From an uncultured Spirochaetota bacterium (GTDB taxonomy: Bacteria; Spirochaetota; Spirochaetia; SZUA-6; Fen-1364): 64,000 bases of DNA. The notes below the pieces were generated by a model that did no database searches, was not told the DNA's origin, and was given only the letters and a program-made list of their open reading frames with translations. The stretch lies in NCBI GenBank assembly GCA_963734545.1, contig CAVTHO010000007.1, positions 128,001 through 192,000 on the forward strand, written 5' to 3'. The position numbers were made by a program, and so were the translations under genes. Each line of letters starts with the position of its first letter. Positions within the stretch are counted from its first letter, which is position 1. This document shows, piece after piece, positions 9,576-19,544 of this stretch.

Positions 9576-11368
9576 TGCGCAGGGATTTCGCACGTCTTCT
9601 CCTGCCCTGGTCCATCGGTGCCGCAGTCGTCTGCGTGGATGCGGTGCTCGTCGCGCGCAACCCGGGTGACCTGGACCGGCTCCTGATCAACGCCATCCTC
9701 GCGTTCAGCGCATTCGTCACCCTGCACGCGCGGCTTCTCTCCCTTGCGAACGCCGGCTTCATGGCCATCGGCGCGTACGCCTCGGCCATCCTCGCCGTCA
9801 AGGCGGGCCTGCCTCTCATCCTCTCGATACCCGCGGCCGTCCTCGTCTGCGGTCTCGTTGCCCTTGTCATCGGCCTGCCGGTGCTGCGGCTGACGGACGT
9901 GTACCTCGCCATCTGCACCCTCGGGTTCGGCGAGGTGGTGCGCATCCTCATCGTGCTCCTTCCCGATCTCACGGGCGGCCCCACGGGGGCGAACCTCTCC
10001 ACGGGTTTTCCCTACGAGGTGATGCACCAGACGCAGACCTGGATGATCTTCCTGCTGCTGGCGCTCCTGAGCTATCTCTTCTGGTCGCTGTCTCCGTCAC
10101 GGACGGGCCGGGCCTTCCGCGCCCTGCGCGGGAACCCGCGGGCAGCGTCCTCCCTTGGCATCGACATCGTGGCCTACCGGAATCTGGCCTTCCTCATGAG
10201 CGCCCTGATCGCCGGCGCCGCCGGGGCGTTCTACGCTCACAGCGTGGGATCGCTGGAAAATGGCGACTTCAGGTTCACGCGCGCGGTGGACATCCTCAGC
10301 TTCGCCGTTCTGGGCGGCGCCGGTCAGTGGTTCGGGCCCCTGCTCGGGGCGGGGTTGTTGACCGCGCTGCCCATTCTCCTCCGCGACGCCCTGGGGGCCT
10401 CCATCGGCTTCCTGAAGGGTTTTGCCCAGCTTCCGAACATCCTGTCCGGCGTTGCCATTCTCCTGGTCATCATTTTCCTGCCCGGCGGGCTGGCCGCTGC
10501 TTTCAGTCCGGCATCGGGGCGCCGCCGGTCGAGGCATGCCTTCGTCTCCTTGCCCGAGCCCCGGGGCCGGGCCTTCCCGGGCCTTGCGGCGCAGGGATCG
10601 CCGGCGGTGAACCCCCTCCTGAGTCTTGACGGCGTCACCCGCTCTTTCGGGGGCCTGGAAGCCCTCAGCGGCGTGAGCTTCGATGTCGAGGAAGGGCGGA
10701 TCTACGGGCTCATCGGCCCGAACGGGTCAGGAAAGACGACGCTCGTCAATCTCGTTTCGGGGCTGGACTCACCCAGCGCGGGCCGCATCGTCTGGCAGGG
10801 CAGGGAGATCCAGCGGCGTCCTGCCCACCTGATCGCGCGCGCGGCAATCGGGCGCACCTATCAGAACATCCAGCTCTTTGCGGAGATGACCGTGCGGGAG
10901 AATGTCCATGTCGGGCGCCACGCCCACATCAGCACCGACCTTCTGAGCACCTGGCTCCGTCTTCCCCGTGAAGCCCGGGAGGAGGGGACATCGCTCGCAG
11001 CGTCCATGGAGCTTCTCGACCGGCTCGGCCTGGCCGATCTGGCCGAACGGAGAGCGGGCACATTGTCCTACGGCGACCAGCGCCGGGTCGAGATCGCCCG
11101 GGCCCTGGCCCTTCGCCCGCGTCTCCTTCTGCTGGACGAGCCGGCGGCCGGAATGAACGAGGTGGAGACCGCGGGTCTCGGCAGGCTCGTTCTCGAGCTG
11201 AAAAACGCGGGGCTCACCTTGATCGTGGTCGAGCATCACATGGACCTGATCATGGAGGTCTGCGATCAGATCGTTGTGCTCAATTTCGGCAGGAAGATCG
11301 CTCAGGGGTCTCCCGCCGAGGTCATGAGGGACCCGCTGGTGCTCGAAGCGTACCTGGGGAGGGATTGA
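9572..11368 (+). CDS. Fused BCAA ABC permease LivM + ATPase LivG
   Basis: Permease part (YLAICTLGFGE, LTGGPTG), then a linker and an ABC domain (GPNGSGKTT, LSYGDQRRVEIARA, LLLLDEP). ATG at 9572 overlaps the livH stop. Confidence 0.9.
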   Translation: MMRRDFARLLLPWSIGAAVVCVDAVLVARNPGDLDRLLINAILAFSAFVTLHARLLSLANAGFMAIGAYASAILAVKAGLPLILSIPAAVLVCGLVALVIGLPVLRLTDVYLAICTLGFGEVVRILIVLLPDLTGGPTGANLSTGFPYEVMHQTQTWMIFLLLALLSYLFWSLSPSRTGRAFRALRGNPRAASSLGIDIVAYRNLAFLMSALIAGAAGAFYAHSVGSLENGDFRFTRAVDILSFAVLGGAGQWFGPLLGAGLLTALPILLRDALGASIGFLKGFAQLPNILSGVAILLVIIFLPGGLAAAFSPASGRRRSRHAFVSLPEPRGRAFPGLAAQGSPAVNPLLSLDGVTRSFGGLEALSGVSFDVEEGRIYGLIGPNGSGKTTLVNLVSGLDSPSAGRIVWQGREIQRRPAHLIARAAIGRTYQNIQLFAEMTVRENVHVGRHAHISTDLLSTWLRLPREAREEGTSLAASMELLDRLGLADLAERRAGTLSYGDQRRVEIARALALRPRLLLLDEPAAGMNEVETAGLGRLVLELKNAGLTLIVVEHHMDLIMEVCDQIVVLNFGRKIAQGSPAEVMRDPLVLEAYLGRD

Positions 11369-12084
11369 GCGTGTCCCTGCTCGAGGTAAGGGACCTGCAG
11401 GTCCTCTATGGCGGCATCCAGGCGGTGCGCGGCTTTTCCTTCACGCTGGAGGAAGGACGGATCGTTGCGCTCATCGGCGCGAACGGCGCCGGCAAGAGCT
11501 CGACGCTTCTCGCGCTGAGCGGCCTGGTGCGCGCATCGGGGGGAAGCGTGCGTTTCCGCGGAGAGGAGCTCCTCGGCCGGCGGCCGGACAGGATCGTGCG
11601 CGCCGGGCTCGTTCAGGTGCCTGAAGGGAGAGCGATCCTCGGTCCCCTGAGCGTGCAGGAAAACCTCGAGCTGGGCGCATGGACCCGGCGCGGGGAGCCT
11701 TCCATCCGCACGGACCTCGAGCGGGTGTACGGGCTTTTCCCCAGCCTCGCCGCGCGCCGACGGCAGGCTGCCGGCAGCCTGAGCGGGGGCGAGCAGCAGA
11801 TGCTGGCAATAGGCCGCGCGCTCATGAGCGGCCCCCGGCTTCTCCTTCTCGATGAGCCGAGCATGGGCCTGGCTCCCCTCCTGGTTGCCTCCCTCTTCGC
11901 CATCATCGAGGAAATCAACAGATCCGGCACCTCCGTTCTGCTCGTCGAGCAGAACGCGCGCCAGGCGTTGCGCATCTCCCACCGCGCCCTCGTCCTCTCC
12001 CATGGCCGGCTGTTCCGGGAAGGGCCCAGCGCGAGCCTGCTGGCTGATCGCGACATCATCGAGGCATTCCTGGGCAAAGAGTAG
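11365..12084 (+). CDS. livF: BCAA ABC ATPase LivF
   Basis: GANGAGKSS, LSGGEQQMLAIGRALM, LLLLDEPSMGLAP, VEQNA. Confidence 0.93.
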   Translation: MSVSLLEVRDLQVLYGGIQAVRGFSFTLEEGRIVALIGANGAGKSSTLLALSGLVRASGGSVRFRGEELLGRRPDRIVRAGLVQVPEGRAILGPLSVQENLELGAWTRRGEPSIRTDLERVYGLFPSLAARRRQAAGSLSGGEQQMLAIGRALMSGPRLLLLDEPSMGLAPLLVASLFAIIEEINRSGTSVLLVEQNARQALRISHRALVLSHGRLFREGPSASLLADRDIIEAFLGKE

Positions 12085-13173
12085 ATGCGCACGCGCTGCC
12101 GGGCGTATCCTTGGATCATGTCCTCCCTCGTTGCCATGGCCGCCGCGAGTGTTCTCTTTCTTTCCGGCTGCGTAACCCAGCTCGGATACCTGGCAAAGCA
12201 GGGGGAGTACCTCTGGCGCTACAGCTCCGGCACGCAGCCCGTGCAGGCGCTGCTGCGGTCTTCCGCCACTGCGCCGGACACGCGGGACTTCCTGCTGCGC
12301 GTGAGCGAGATCAAGAGTTTTGCGGTCCGGGAGGTGGGGCTCAAAAACAATGAGAACTACACGCGGTACAGGGAGATGGACCGGGATCATCTTGTCGACG
12401 TGGTGTCCGCGTGCGACGCGCTCTCCTTCACCCCGTATCTGTGGGGCTACCCTTTCCTCGGCAAGCTCCCCTACAAGGGATTCTACGAGCGGGCCGACGC
12501 GGAGGCGGAAGCGGCGCGCCTGAAGAAAGAAGGGTACGACGTCATCATCCGTCCCGTGGATGCCTTCAGTACCCTCGGTTTCACGAAAGACCCGCTGTAC
12601 TCCTTCATGAAGAAATACCCGCCCTACCAGCTCGCTTCCCTGATCATTCACGAGCAGACTCACGCCACGCTGTTTCTCAACGGCCAGCCGCAGTTCAACG
12701 AGGAGCTCGCCACCTTCGTGGGCGAGGAAGGCGCCTTCGAGTGGCTGCGGGCCAGGTACGGCGAGGACTCCGACGAGTATCGGGCGGCGGTGGCAGAGGA
12801 CGAGGACTCGCAGGTTTTCATTTCCCTTTTACAAGATCTGGCCCGTGAGCTGGAGGGTGTGTACGGCGGATCGGACACGCGGCCGGAAAAGCTCGCGCGC
12901 AAGGTGGAGATCATTGAAGATTTCAAGAAGCGGTTTTCAGAGGACCTGGCCTCCCGTTTTCACTCCCGGGCCTACAAGGGCCTCGGGACCCTGCACGTGA
13001 ACAACGCCTATCTTGCTCTCTACCGGCTCTATTCGGACGACATCCCGCTCCTGCGGGCGTACTGGGCGCTCCGCTGCGGCGGTGACCTGAGCAGGTTCAT
13101 GAAGGCGGCGAAATACCTGGCCGGACGCGGAGACGTGAAGGCCCTGATGCGACAGGGGCTTACCGGCGCGTGA
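12085..13173 (+). CDS. Putative aminopeptidase lipoprotein (zincin)
   Basis: Lipobox LSGC, AFSTLGF..DP, LIIHEQTHAT (HExxH), FNEELATFV. Confidence 0.8.
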   Translation: MRTRCRAYPWIMSSLVAMAAASVLFLSGCVTQLGYLAKQGEYLWRYSSGTQPVQALLRSSATAPDTRDFLLRVSEIKSFAVREVGLKNNENYTRYREMDRDHLVDVVSACDALSFTPYLWGYPFLGKLPYKGFYERADAEAEAARLKKEGYDVIIRPVDAFSTLGFTKDPLYSFMKKYPPYQLASLIIHEQTHATLFLNGQPQFNEELATFVGEEGAFEWLRARYGEDSDEYRAAVAEDEDSQVFISLLQDLARELEGVYGGSDTRPEKLARKVEIIEDFKKRFSEDLASRFHSRAYKGLGTLHVNNAYLALYRLYSDDIPLLRAYWALRCGGDLSRFMKAAKYLAGRGDVKALMRQGLTGA

Positions 13174-14605
13174 CGGGGTCGGCGGACGAGACTTTCTGCG
13201 GCAGCGCGAAGAACTCCTCCGCGTTGTTGAAGCAGATGTCCCGCACCATCCCCCCGAGCAGGCTGAAGTCCGAAGGAATCTCGCCCCGCTGCACGCCAAG
13301 ACCCAGCATTTCGCAGAGGATCCGGCGGAAGTATTCGTGACGGGGGAACGAGAGAAAGCTGCGAGAATCAGTGACCATGCCCACGAACCGGGCGAGCAGC
13401 CCCATGTCGGCAAGGACCTTCATCTGCTCTTCCATCCCGTGGCGCTGGTCGTTGAACCACCACGCGGGGCCGAACTGCATCCTGCCCCGGACGTTCTCCT
13501 TCGGGAATCCGCCGATCATCGCGGCAAGCACCTGATTGTGCGCGGGATTCAGGCAGAAGAGAATCGTCTTGGGTAGCAGCCCTTCGGAATCCAGTCGATC
13601 CAGGTATCGGGCCAGCGGCCGCGCAATGGGAAGATCCCCGATAGTGTCGTATCCCGTGTTGGGCCCCTGCGCGCTGAAGGCGCGCGAATTGATGTCCCGC
13701 AGCGCCCCGATGTGAAGCTGTTGCACCCAGTTCCGTCTTGCATTCATCCGGGCCAGCTCGATCATGAGCGCGGACTTGAATGCGCGCGCTTCCGGAGCGG
13801 CCACCGCTTTGCCGGCCCGCGCGGACTGGAAAATCCGATCCGCCTCCTCGTCCGAGCACTCGTCCGCGTACGGCTCCTCCCACGCGTGGTCGGACGCCCG
13901 GCAGCCGTTTGCGTGAAAGTATTCGTGCCGTTTCCGCAGCGCCTCCAGAAAATCCCGCCACCCGCGTATTTCCACGCCCGCTGCCCCGCCGAGCTTCGCC
14001 ACCCACGCATTGAATGCCGCTGGATTGTCCACCGCCATGGCCGGATCGGGCCGGAACGTAGGCACCACGGTGACGGGAAACGAGGGGTCCTCTCGGAGGG
14101 CCGCGTGGTGCTCCAGAGAGTCGACGGGATCATCAGTCGTGGCAAGGATCTTGACATTCATCATGGTGAGCAGGGGGCGCACACGATACGCTTCACCTGA
14201 AAGAAGCGAGGAACATCTGTCGTAGATTGCCTGGCCCGTGTCGGGGCCCAGCAGCTCACGCGAGACATCGAAGTAGCGCGCCAGCTCCAGATGCGTCCAG
14301 TGATAGAGCGGGTTTCCGATCGTGGAGGGCACAATGGCTGCCCATGCCATGAACTTTTCCCTGTCAGGGGCATCTCCCGTGATCAGCCTCTCCGCCGCGC
14401 CGCTGGCCCGCAGGGCGCGCCACTTGTAGTGGTCTCCCCCCAGCCATGCCTCGGTGAGATTGCGAAAAGGCCTGTTTTCCGCGATGTCCTTCACCGGGAG
14501 GTGGCAGTGGAAATCGTGGATGGGCATTCGGGCCGCGTGGTCGTGATACAGACGTCGCGCGGTCCGGGTGGTGAGCAGGAAATTCTCGTGAATGAATTTT
14601 GACAT
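13160..14605 (-). CDS. uxaC: Glucuronate (uronate) isomerase
   Basis: PIHDFHCHL, WLGGDHYKWR, TTDDP, WWFND, GMVTDSRSFLSFPRHEYFRR. Confidence 0.96.
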   Translation of the reverse strand: MSKFIHENFLLTTRTARRLYHDHAARMPIHDFHCHLPVKDIAENRPFRNLTEAWLGGDHYKWRALRASGAAERLITGDAPDREKFMAWAAIVPSTIGNPLYHWTHLELARYFDVSRELLGPDTGQAIYDRCSSLLSGEAYRVRPLLTMMNVKILATTDDPVDSLEHHAALREDPSFPVTVVPTFRPDPAMAVDNPAAFNAWVAKLGGAAGVEIRGWRDFLEALRKRHEYFHANGCRASDHAWEEPYADECSDEEADRIFQSARAGKAVAAPEARAFKSALMIELARMNARRNWVQQLHIGALRDINSRAFSAQGPNTGYDTIGDLPIARPLARYLDRLDSEGLLPKTILFCLNPAHNQVLAAMIGGFPKENVRGRMQFGPAWWFNDQRHGMEEQMKVLADMGLLARFVGMVTDSRSFLSFPRHEYFRRILCEMLGLGVQRGEIPSDFSLLGGMVRDICFNNAEEFFALPQKVSSADPVTRR

Positions 14606-14644
14606 CACTGTTCCTTTCGGACGCCGGTCGCTCCCGGCGACATT

Positions 14645-15616
14645 TCAATATCCCGCTTTGGCGATGTTCTCCGCAACGAAACGCGCCGAGGCGAGGAGGC
14701 TCTCCTCTTCTCCAGGGGGAAGCCTGTAGTCCAGCACCTGGGACGCTCCGTCCCTTCCGACGATCGTGGGGAAGCTGAACGCGGTCTTCTTGATGCCCCT
14801 GAAGTCGACGTGCACGGTGGACACGGGAAGGATGCGTCTCTCGTCGCGCACGATGGATTCCACGATCAGCGACGCGGCCTGGGCGATTGCATAACAGGTG
14901 GAGCCCTTGGCCTCGATGATCTTGTAGGCTGTCTTGCGGATCTCTTCGGCCGCGTTGCGCTTGAAGTCGGGCAGGTCCTCGCACGCCCCGCAGACGGGGC
15001 AGAACTCGTCGAGGTGGATTCCGCCGATGGTGAGAAGCGACCACGCGGGAAACGAGGTGTCCCCGTGCTCGCCCAGCACGTACCCGTGGATATTCTTTGG
15101 ATTCACGCGGCAGCGGCGGGCGACGAACTCCCTCAGCCGCGCGGAGTCCAGCGTGGTGCCGCTGCCGATCACGCGCGAGGCGGGGAATCCGCTCTCCTTG
15201 AAGGTGACCCAGGTGAGGACGTCCACCGGATTGGTGATGAGAAGGAAGATGCCCTGGAAACCCGCCTCGGTCACCGAATGCACGATGCTTTTCACGATCC
15301 CCGCGTTGCGCTCCAGGAGATCCACGCGCGTCTCCCCCGGTCGCTGCCGGGCTCCCGCCGTGATGATGGTGATGCCGCAGTCGCGGCAGGCCGCGTACTC
15401 GGTGGACTCGATCTTTACCGGTCTTCCCAGGGACGCGCCTTGCTTGATGTCGAGGATCTCCGCCTCGGCCTTCTCCCGGTTGGAGTCTATGAGCGCGATC
15501 TCGGTCACCGCGCCCTTGAGAGCGAGGTTGTAGGCCAGCGTGGCGCCGACCGATCCGGCGCCGATGATCGCCACTTTGCTGCTTTTCAGTTCCATCTTCT
15601 CTGCCTTTTCCTTCAT
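14645..15616 (-). CDS. ldh: L-lactate dehydrogenase
   Basis: IIGAGSVG, GARQRPGETR (Gln at the lactate-specificity position), TNPVD, SGTTLDSAR, GEHGD. Start at 15616 or 15595. Confidence 0.9.
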   Translation of the reverse strand: MKEKAEKMELKSSKVAIIGAGSVGATLAYNLALKGAVTEIALIDSNREKAEAEILDIKQGASLGRPVKIESTEYAACRDCGITIITAGARQRPGETRVDLLERNAGIVKSIVHSVTEAGFQGIFLLITNPVDVLTWVTFKESGFPASRVIGSGTTLDSARLREFVARRCRVNPKNIHGYVLGEHGDTSFPAWSLLTIGGIHLDEFCPVCGACEDLPDFKRNAAEEIRKTAYKIIEAKGSTCYAIAQAASLIVESIVRDERRILPVSTVHVDFRGIKKTAFSFPTIVGRDGASQVLDYRLPPGEEESLLASARFVAENIAKAGY

Positions 15617-15617
15617 C

Positions 15618-16616
15618 CTACCACGCGTACGCCTTGGGCGCCTCTCCGCCGGGCCCGGGCCATATCTCGTCGAGCTTTGCGCGTGCCTGCGCGTCGAGGA
15701 CGAGGTCGGTTGCGCGCACGGCACTCTCGAGCTGTTCCACTGTACGGGGCCCTATGATGGGTGCCGTGACCGCGGGATTTGAAAGAAGCCAGGCAAGAGC
15801 CACCTCGGATGGAGCCGCGCCCAGCTCCCGGCAGAATGCCTCATATGCGGTGAGCGCCTTCCGATGCTTCTCCACCTGCTTTGCCAGGCTCTCTTCCGCC
15901 CTGCGTCCCGCTTTCGCCTTTTCCAGGGCTCCCCCCAGGAGTCCGCCCGCGAGCGGGCTCCAGGGGATGAGGCCCAGACCATAGTGCCGGCACGCGGGAA
16001 TGACTTCAAGCTCGAGCAGCCTGTTGCTCAGATTGTAGATGCTCTGCTCGCTCGCCAATCCCTGCATGTTCCTGCGAGAGGCCTCCTGGCATGCCGTCGC
16101 GATGTCCCACCCGGCGAAGTTGCTGGAGCCCACGTATGCGATTTTCCCCTGCTTCACCAGCGCGTCGAAGGCGCTCCAGATCTCATCCCACGGGCATTCG
16201 CGGTCGATGTGGTGCATCTGGTAGAGGTCGAGGCAGTCTGTCTGCAGTCTCTTCAGGCTCCCCTCACAGTGCCGCCGGATTTTCACCGCGGACAGATTGC
16301 GGCCATCCCTGTTCGGCTCAGGGGGGGCTCCCGGATTGTCGACCGGATTGAATACCTTGGTGGCAAGAACGATGCTCTCCCGCCTCGCGCCTCCCTGCGC
16401 AAGCCAGCGGCCGATTATTTCCTCGGTGTGCCCCCTGCGCACGGTCCACCCGTAGGTGTCCGCCGTATCGAAGAAATTGATGCCCAGCTCCAGCGCCCTG
16501 TCCATGATCGCGAAGCTGTCCTTCTCGCTGGTCTGCCAGCCGAGATTCATCGTGCCAAGGCAGATATTGCTCACGAGAGCGCCGTGTTTTCCGAGCCTGC
16601 GATGAGAAATAGCCAT
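15618..16616 (-). CDS. Aldo/keto reductase
   Basis: CLGTM, FFDTADTYG, VLATK, SLKRLQTDCLDLYQMH, PWSPLAGGLL, PIIGPRT. Confidence 0.93.
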   Translation of the reverse strand: MAISHRRLGKHGALVSNICLGTMNLGWQTSEKDSFAIMDRALELGINFFDTADTYGWTVRRGHTEEIIGRWLAQGGARRESIVLATKVFNPVDNPGAPPEPNRDGRNLSAVKIRRHCEGSLKRLQTDCLDLYQMHHIDRECPWDEIWSAFDALVKQGKIAYVGSSNFAGWDIATACQEASRRNMQGLASEQSIYNLSNRLLELEVIPACRHYGLGLIPWSPLAGGLLGGALEKAKAGRRAEESLAKQVEKHRKALTAYEAFCRELGAAPSEVALAWLLSNPAVTAPIIGPRTVEQLESAVRATDLVLDAQARAKLDEIWPGPGGEAPKAYAW

Positions 16617-16642
16617 GCGTCCTCCTGTTGTTCGACGCTAAT

Positions 16643-16734
16643 ATACTGACAAATGCGGATCTCAGCCTCTCCAATCAGGGAAGCCCGGCCCTTGACCTGT
16701 TTGTCAGTATTGGACATGATCGCTGCGTTGTCCA
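16643..16734. promoter_or_regulatory. Divergent promoter region with operator-like inverted repeats upstream of the Ehr operon
   Basis: TTGACC(16692)-17 nt-CATGAT(16715). Perfect 11-bp IR atactgacaaa (16643) / tttgtcagtat (16700), and tggaca-N12-tgtcca (16711-16734). Confidence 0.5.
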
Positions 16735-16762
16735 GGTTTGAGACCCTGGCGACACTCCATCT

Positions 16763-17503
16763 ATGCAGATCGACGTCAAGGAAGCAGCCCGTCTCCTCGG
16801 TGTTTCTGAAAAGACCATCTATCGATGGATCAAGCAGGGAGACCTGCCGACCTACAGGATCAATGACCTCTATCGATTCAATCGCGCGGAGCTCCTCGAA
16901 TGGGCCACTGCCCGGCGGGTGGGGGTATCACCCGACATATTCGATGACGGCGGCTCCGCATCGGACGCGCTGCCGGGGCTCGAGGAGGCCATAAAGGCCG
17001 GTGGAATCCACTACCGCGTGGCGGGCACAGCCAAGGAAGAAGTGCTTGCCGCCATCGTGGACCTCATGCATCTGCCGGAAGAGGTGGATCGCAAGTTCCT
17101 CCTCAGCGTCATCCTGGCCAGGGAATCACTCGGATCCACCGGCTTCGGCGGAGGAATCGCGATCCCTCACGTGCGCAATCCCATCGTGCTGCACATTCAG
17201 AGACCGATGATCACCCTTTGTTTCCTGGAGACTCCCGTCGAGTTTGGCGCCATCGATGGAAAGCCGGTGCACACCCTGTTCACCATGGTGAGCCCCACGG
17301 TCAGGGCGCATCTCCACCTGCTCTCCCGGCTCACCTACGGCCTTCGTCTCGGCGAGTTCCGCGGACCGGTGACTGAGCAGGCTTCGCGGGACGCGCTGCT
17401 GGCCGGCGCGCGTTTCGTCGACATTGCCGCCCGGCCCGCGCCGCCGAAGGCGGATTCCGCGCCGCGGTACCCCGCGGATTCCGCATCGCCGAAAGAGGTA
17501 TAG
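16763..17503 (+). CDS. Excisionase-type HTH fused to PTS EIIA (Ntr/Fru-type) domain
   Basis: VKEAARLLGVSEKTIYRWI (HTH_17), ARESLGSTGFGGGIAIPH (phospho-His), FGAIDGKPV. The C-tail carries the repeat peptide ADSAPRYPADSA. Confidence 0.9.
   Translation: MQIDVKEAARLLGVSEKTIYRWIKQGDLPTYRINDLYRFNRAELLEWATARRVGVSPDIFDDGGSASDALPGLEEAIKAGGIHYRVAGTAKEEVLAAIVDLMHLPEEVDRKFLLSVILARESLGSTGFGGGIAIPHVRNPIVLHIQRPMITLCFLETPVEFGAIDGKPVHTLFTMVSPTVRAHLHLLSRLTYGLRLGEFRGPVTEQASRDALLAGARFVDIAARPAPPKADSAPRYPADSASPKEV
17450..17486 (+). repeat. In-frame copy (about 1.5 units) of the 24-bp repeat in the EIIA C-terminus
   Basis: gcggattccgcgccgcggtaccccgcggattccgcat. Confidence 0.8.
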
Positions 17504-17508
17504 ACGAG

Positions 17509-19542
17509 ATGCTGCTGGTGGTGATGCCTCCCGCCCTGCTGGTCGCGTTCGGCCTCCTCTCCCTCCTCACCGGCCGGCTGCCACGTGTCTCTCACATGGT
17601 GGGTGCCATGGGCGCGGTTGCGGCGAGCATCATGGGCCTGGTCCTGTCCATCGCCGCCCTGGCCCAGGGGCAGACCTACACTATCGCGCTGCAATGGAAC
17701 GCGGCGATCGGCGCTTCCTTCACCGTGGGGTTCGATCCGCTCACGGGGCTCTTTCTCCTTCCGATCTACGGGCTCTCCGCCATCTGCGCGCTGTTCGGCG
17801 CCGGATATCTCGCTCATTTCCGCGGCCACCGCGGCCTGGGGAGCCAGTGGCTCTTTTACGGCCTGCTGGTGGCGAGCATGGCCCTGGTGGTCATGGCAAG
17901 GAACGCGGTCCTTTTCCTGACGGCCTGGGAGCTCATGTCCCTGTCCTCGTGGCTGCTCGTCACCTTCGAAAGCGAACGGGAGGAAGCGCGGCAGGCGGGC
18001 ATCACGTACCTCGTGGCCACGCAGATCGGCACGGCCTTCCTTCTCGTCATGTTCCTTGTCCTCGGCGCTGCCCCTGCTTCCGCCGGATACGGGAGTACCG
18101 GTGCGGGGAATACCCCGTACGCAGGCGCCGCCCTCGATTTCGCCGGGTTCACGCAGCTGCCGGGGCCTGCAGCGGGCGTCGTGTTTCTGCTCGCGCTGGC
18201 GGGTTTCGGCACCAAGGCAGGCATCGTGCCGCTGCACACCTGGCTCCCGGAGGCGCACCCGGCGGCGCCGTCGCACGTGAGCGCCCTGATGAGCGGCGTC
18301 ATGATCAAGACCGGAATCTACGGCATCCTGCGTACGCTCTCCTTTCTCGGCGCGCCTCCCGCGTGGTGGGGATGGACGCTCGCGTGCGTCGGCGCCGTGT
18401 CCGGCATCGTCGGCGTGCTCTTCGCCCTGGCACAGCATGATATCAAGCGGCTGCTGGCCTACCACAGCGTGGAGAACATCGGCATCATCTGCCTCGGCCT
18501 CGGCGTCGGACTTCTCGGCGTGAGCTATGGCGCCCCGCTCGTCGCCGTTCTCGGCTTTGCCGGCGGCCTCCTGCACGTCGTCAACCACGCCTTGTTCAAG
18601 GGACTGCTCTTTCTCGGCGCAGGGGCGGTTGCGCAGGCCGCCGGTACGCGCGAGATGGACAGGCTCGGCGGGCTGTTGAAGAAGATGCCGCTGACGGGCG
18701 CGGCGTTTCTGATCGGCGCCGCAGCCATCTGCGGCCTGCCGCCTCTCAACGGGTTCGTGAGCGAGCTCCTCGTATTCACGGGCGCGTTCAAGGCGGTGAG
18801 CCTGCAGTCCCTGCCGCACGCGGCCGCCGCGGCCGTCGTGGTGGCAGCTCTTGCCCTGGTGGGGGGGCTGGCAGCCGCCTGCTTTACCAAGGCATTTGGA
18901 ATCGTCTTTCTCGGTGAGCCGCGGTCTGCCGCGGCCGCAGACGGGAGAGAGCCAGGGCCTTCCCTGCTCGTGCCGATGCTTCTCCTTGCCGCCGGTTGCG
19001 CGGCGGTCGGTCTCCTCGGCTCCCTTGCGGTCTGGGCCATCGCGCCCCTGGCGGCGCAGCTGGCCGGCCTCCCTTCGTCCGCCGGCACGGGACTGCTCGA
19101 GCCGATGAGAGCGGGTCTGCGCACGGTGCTCGGGATTGCAGGCGTCTTCGCCGGGCTGGTCGCCGCGCTGGCGCTCCTGCGCGCGGTCCTGCTGCGTGGA
19201 CGGAAAGTGACGCGCGAACCGACCTGGGACTGCGGCTACATCAAGCCGGATGCCCGCATGCAGTACACCTCTTCGTCCTTTGCCCAGCCTCTCACGGAGA
19301 TGTTCCGTGGTCTTCTCTCGACGCACAAGCGGGGAGCCCCGATCGGCCGTCTCTTCCCGGTGGAATCGAGCTTCTCCACCGAGACGCCGGATGTTTTTTC
19401 CGTGCGTTTCCTCAGGCCGGGAATCAGGGGCGTGGGCGCGCTTCTCTCCAGCCTGCGCTGGCTGCAGCACGGCAGGCTCCAGCTGTACGTGCTCTATATC
19501 GCTGTTGCCCTCGTTGCGCTCCTCGTGTGGAGGCTTGCCTGA
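17509..19542 (+). CDS. hyfB: Hydrogenase-4 component B-like / antiporter-like membrane subunit (Ehr)
   Basis: FLTAWELMS, GFGTKAGIVPLHTWLPEAHPAAPSHVSALMSG, KRLLAYHSVENIG, PPLNGFVSE, TWDCGY...RMQYTSSSF. Confidence 0.88.
   Translation: MLLVVMPPALLVAFGLLSLLTGRLPRVSHMVGAMGAVAASIMGLVLSIAALAQGQTYTIALQWNAAIGASFTVGFDPLTGLFLLPIYGLSAICALFGAGYLAHFRGHRGLGSQWLFYGLLVASMALVVMARNAVLFLTAWELMSLSSWLLVTFESEREEARQAGITYLVATQIGTAFLLVMFLVLGAAPASAGYGSTGAGNTPYAGAALDFAGFTQLPGPAAGVVFLLALAGFGTKAGIVPLHTWLPEAHPAAPSHVSALMSGVMIKTGIYGILRTLSFLGAPPAWWGWTLACVGAVSGIVGVLFALAQHDIKRLLAYHSVENIGIICLGLGVGLLGVSYGAPLVAVLGFAGGLLHVVNHALFKGLLFLGAGAVAQAAGTREMDRLGGLLKKMPLTGAAFLIGAAAICGLPPLNGFVSELLVFTGAFKAVSLQSLPHAAAAAVVVAALALVGGLAAACFTKAFGIVFLGEPRSAAAADGREPGPSLLVPMLLLAAGCAAVGLLGSLAVWAIAPLAAQLAGLPSSAGTGLLEPMRAGLRTVLGIAGVFAGLVAALALLRAVLLRGRKVTREPTWDCGYIKPDARMQYTSSSFAQPLTEMFRGLLSTHKRGAPIGRLFPVESSFSTETPDVFSVRFLRPGIRGVGALLSSLRWLQHGRLQLYVLYIAVALVALLVWRLA
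18079..18120 (+). repeat. 42-bp palindromic element inserted in-frame in hyfB
   Basis: 38/42 identical to 49336-49377 in topA. Confidence 0.8.
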
Positions 19543-19544
19543 CA

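Noticed and set aside
16763-16940. Excisionase as a mobile-element marker
   Set aside because: It is the HTH domain of an EIIA-fused regulator at the head of the Ehr operon.
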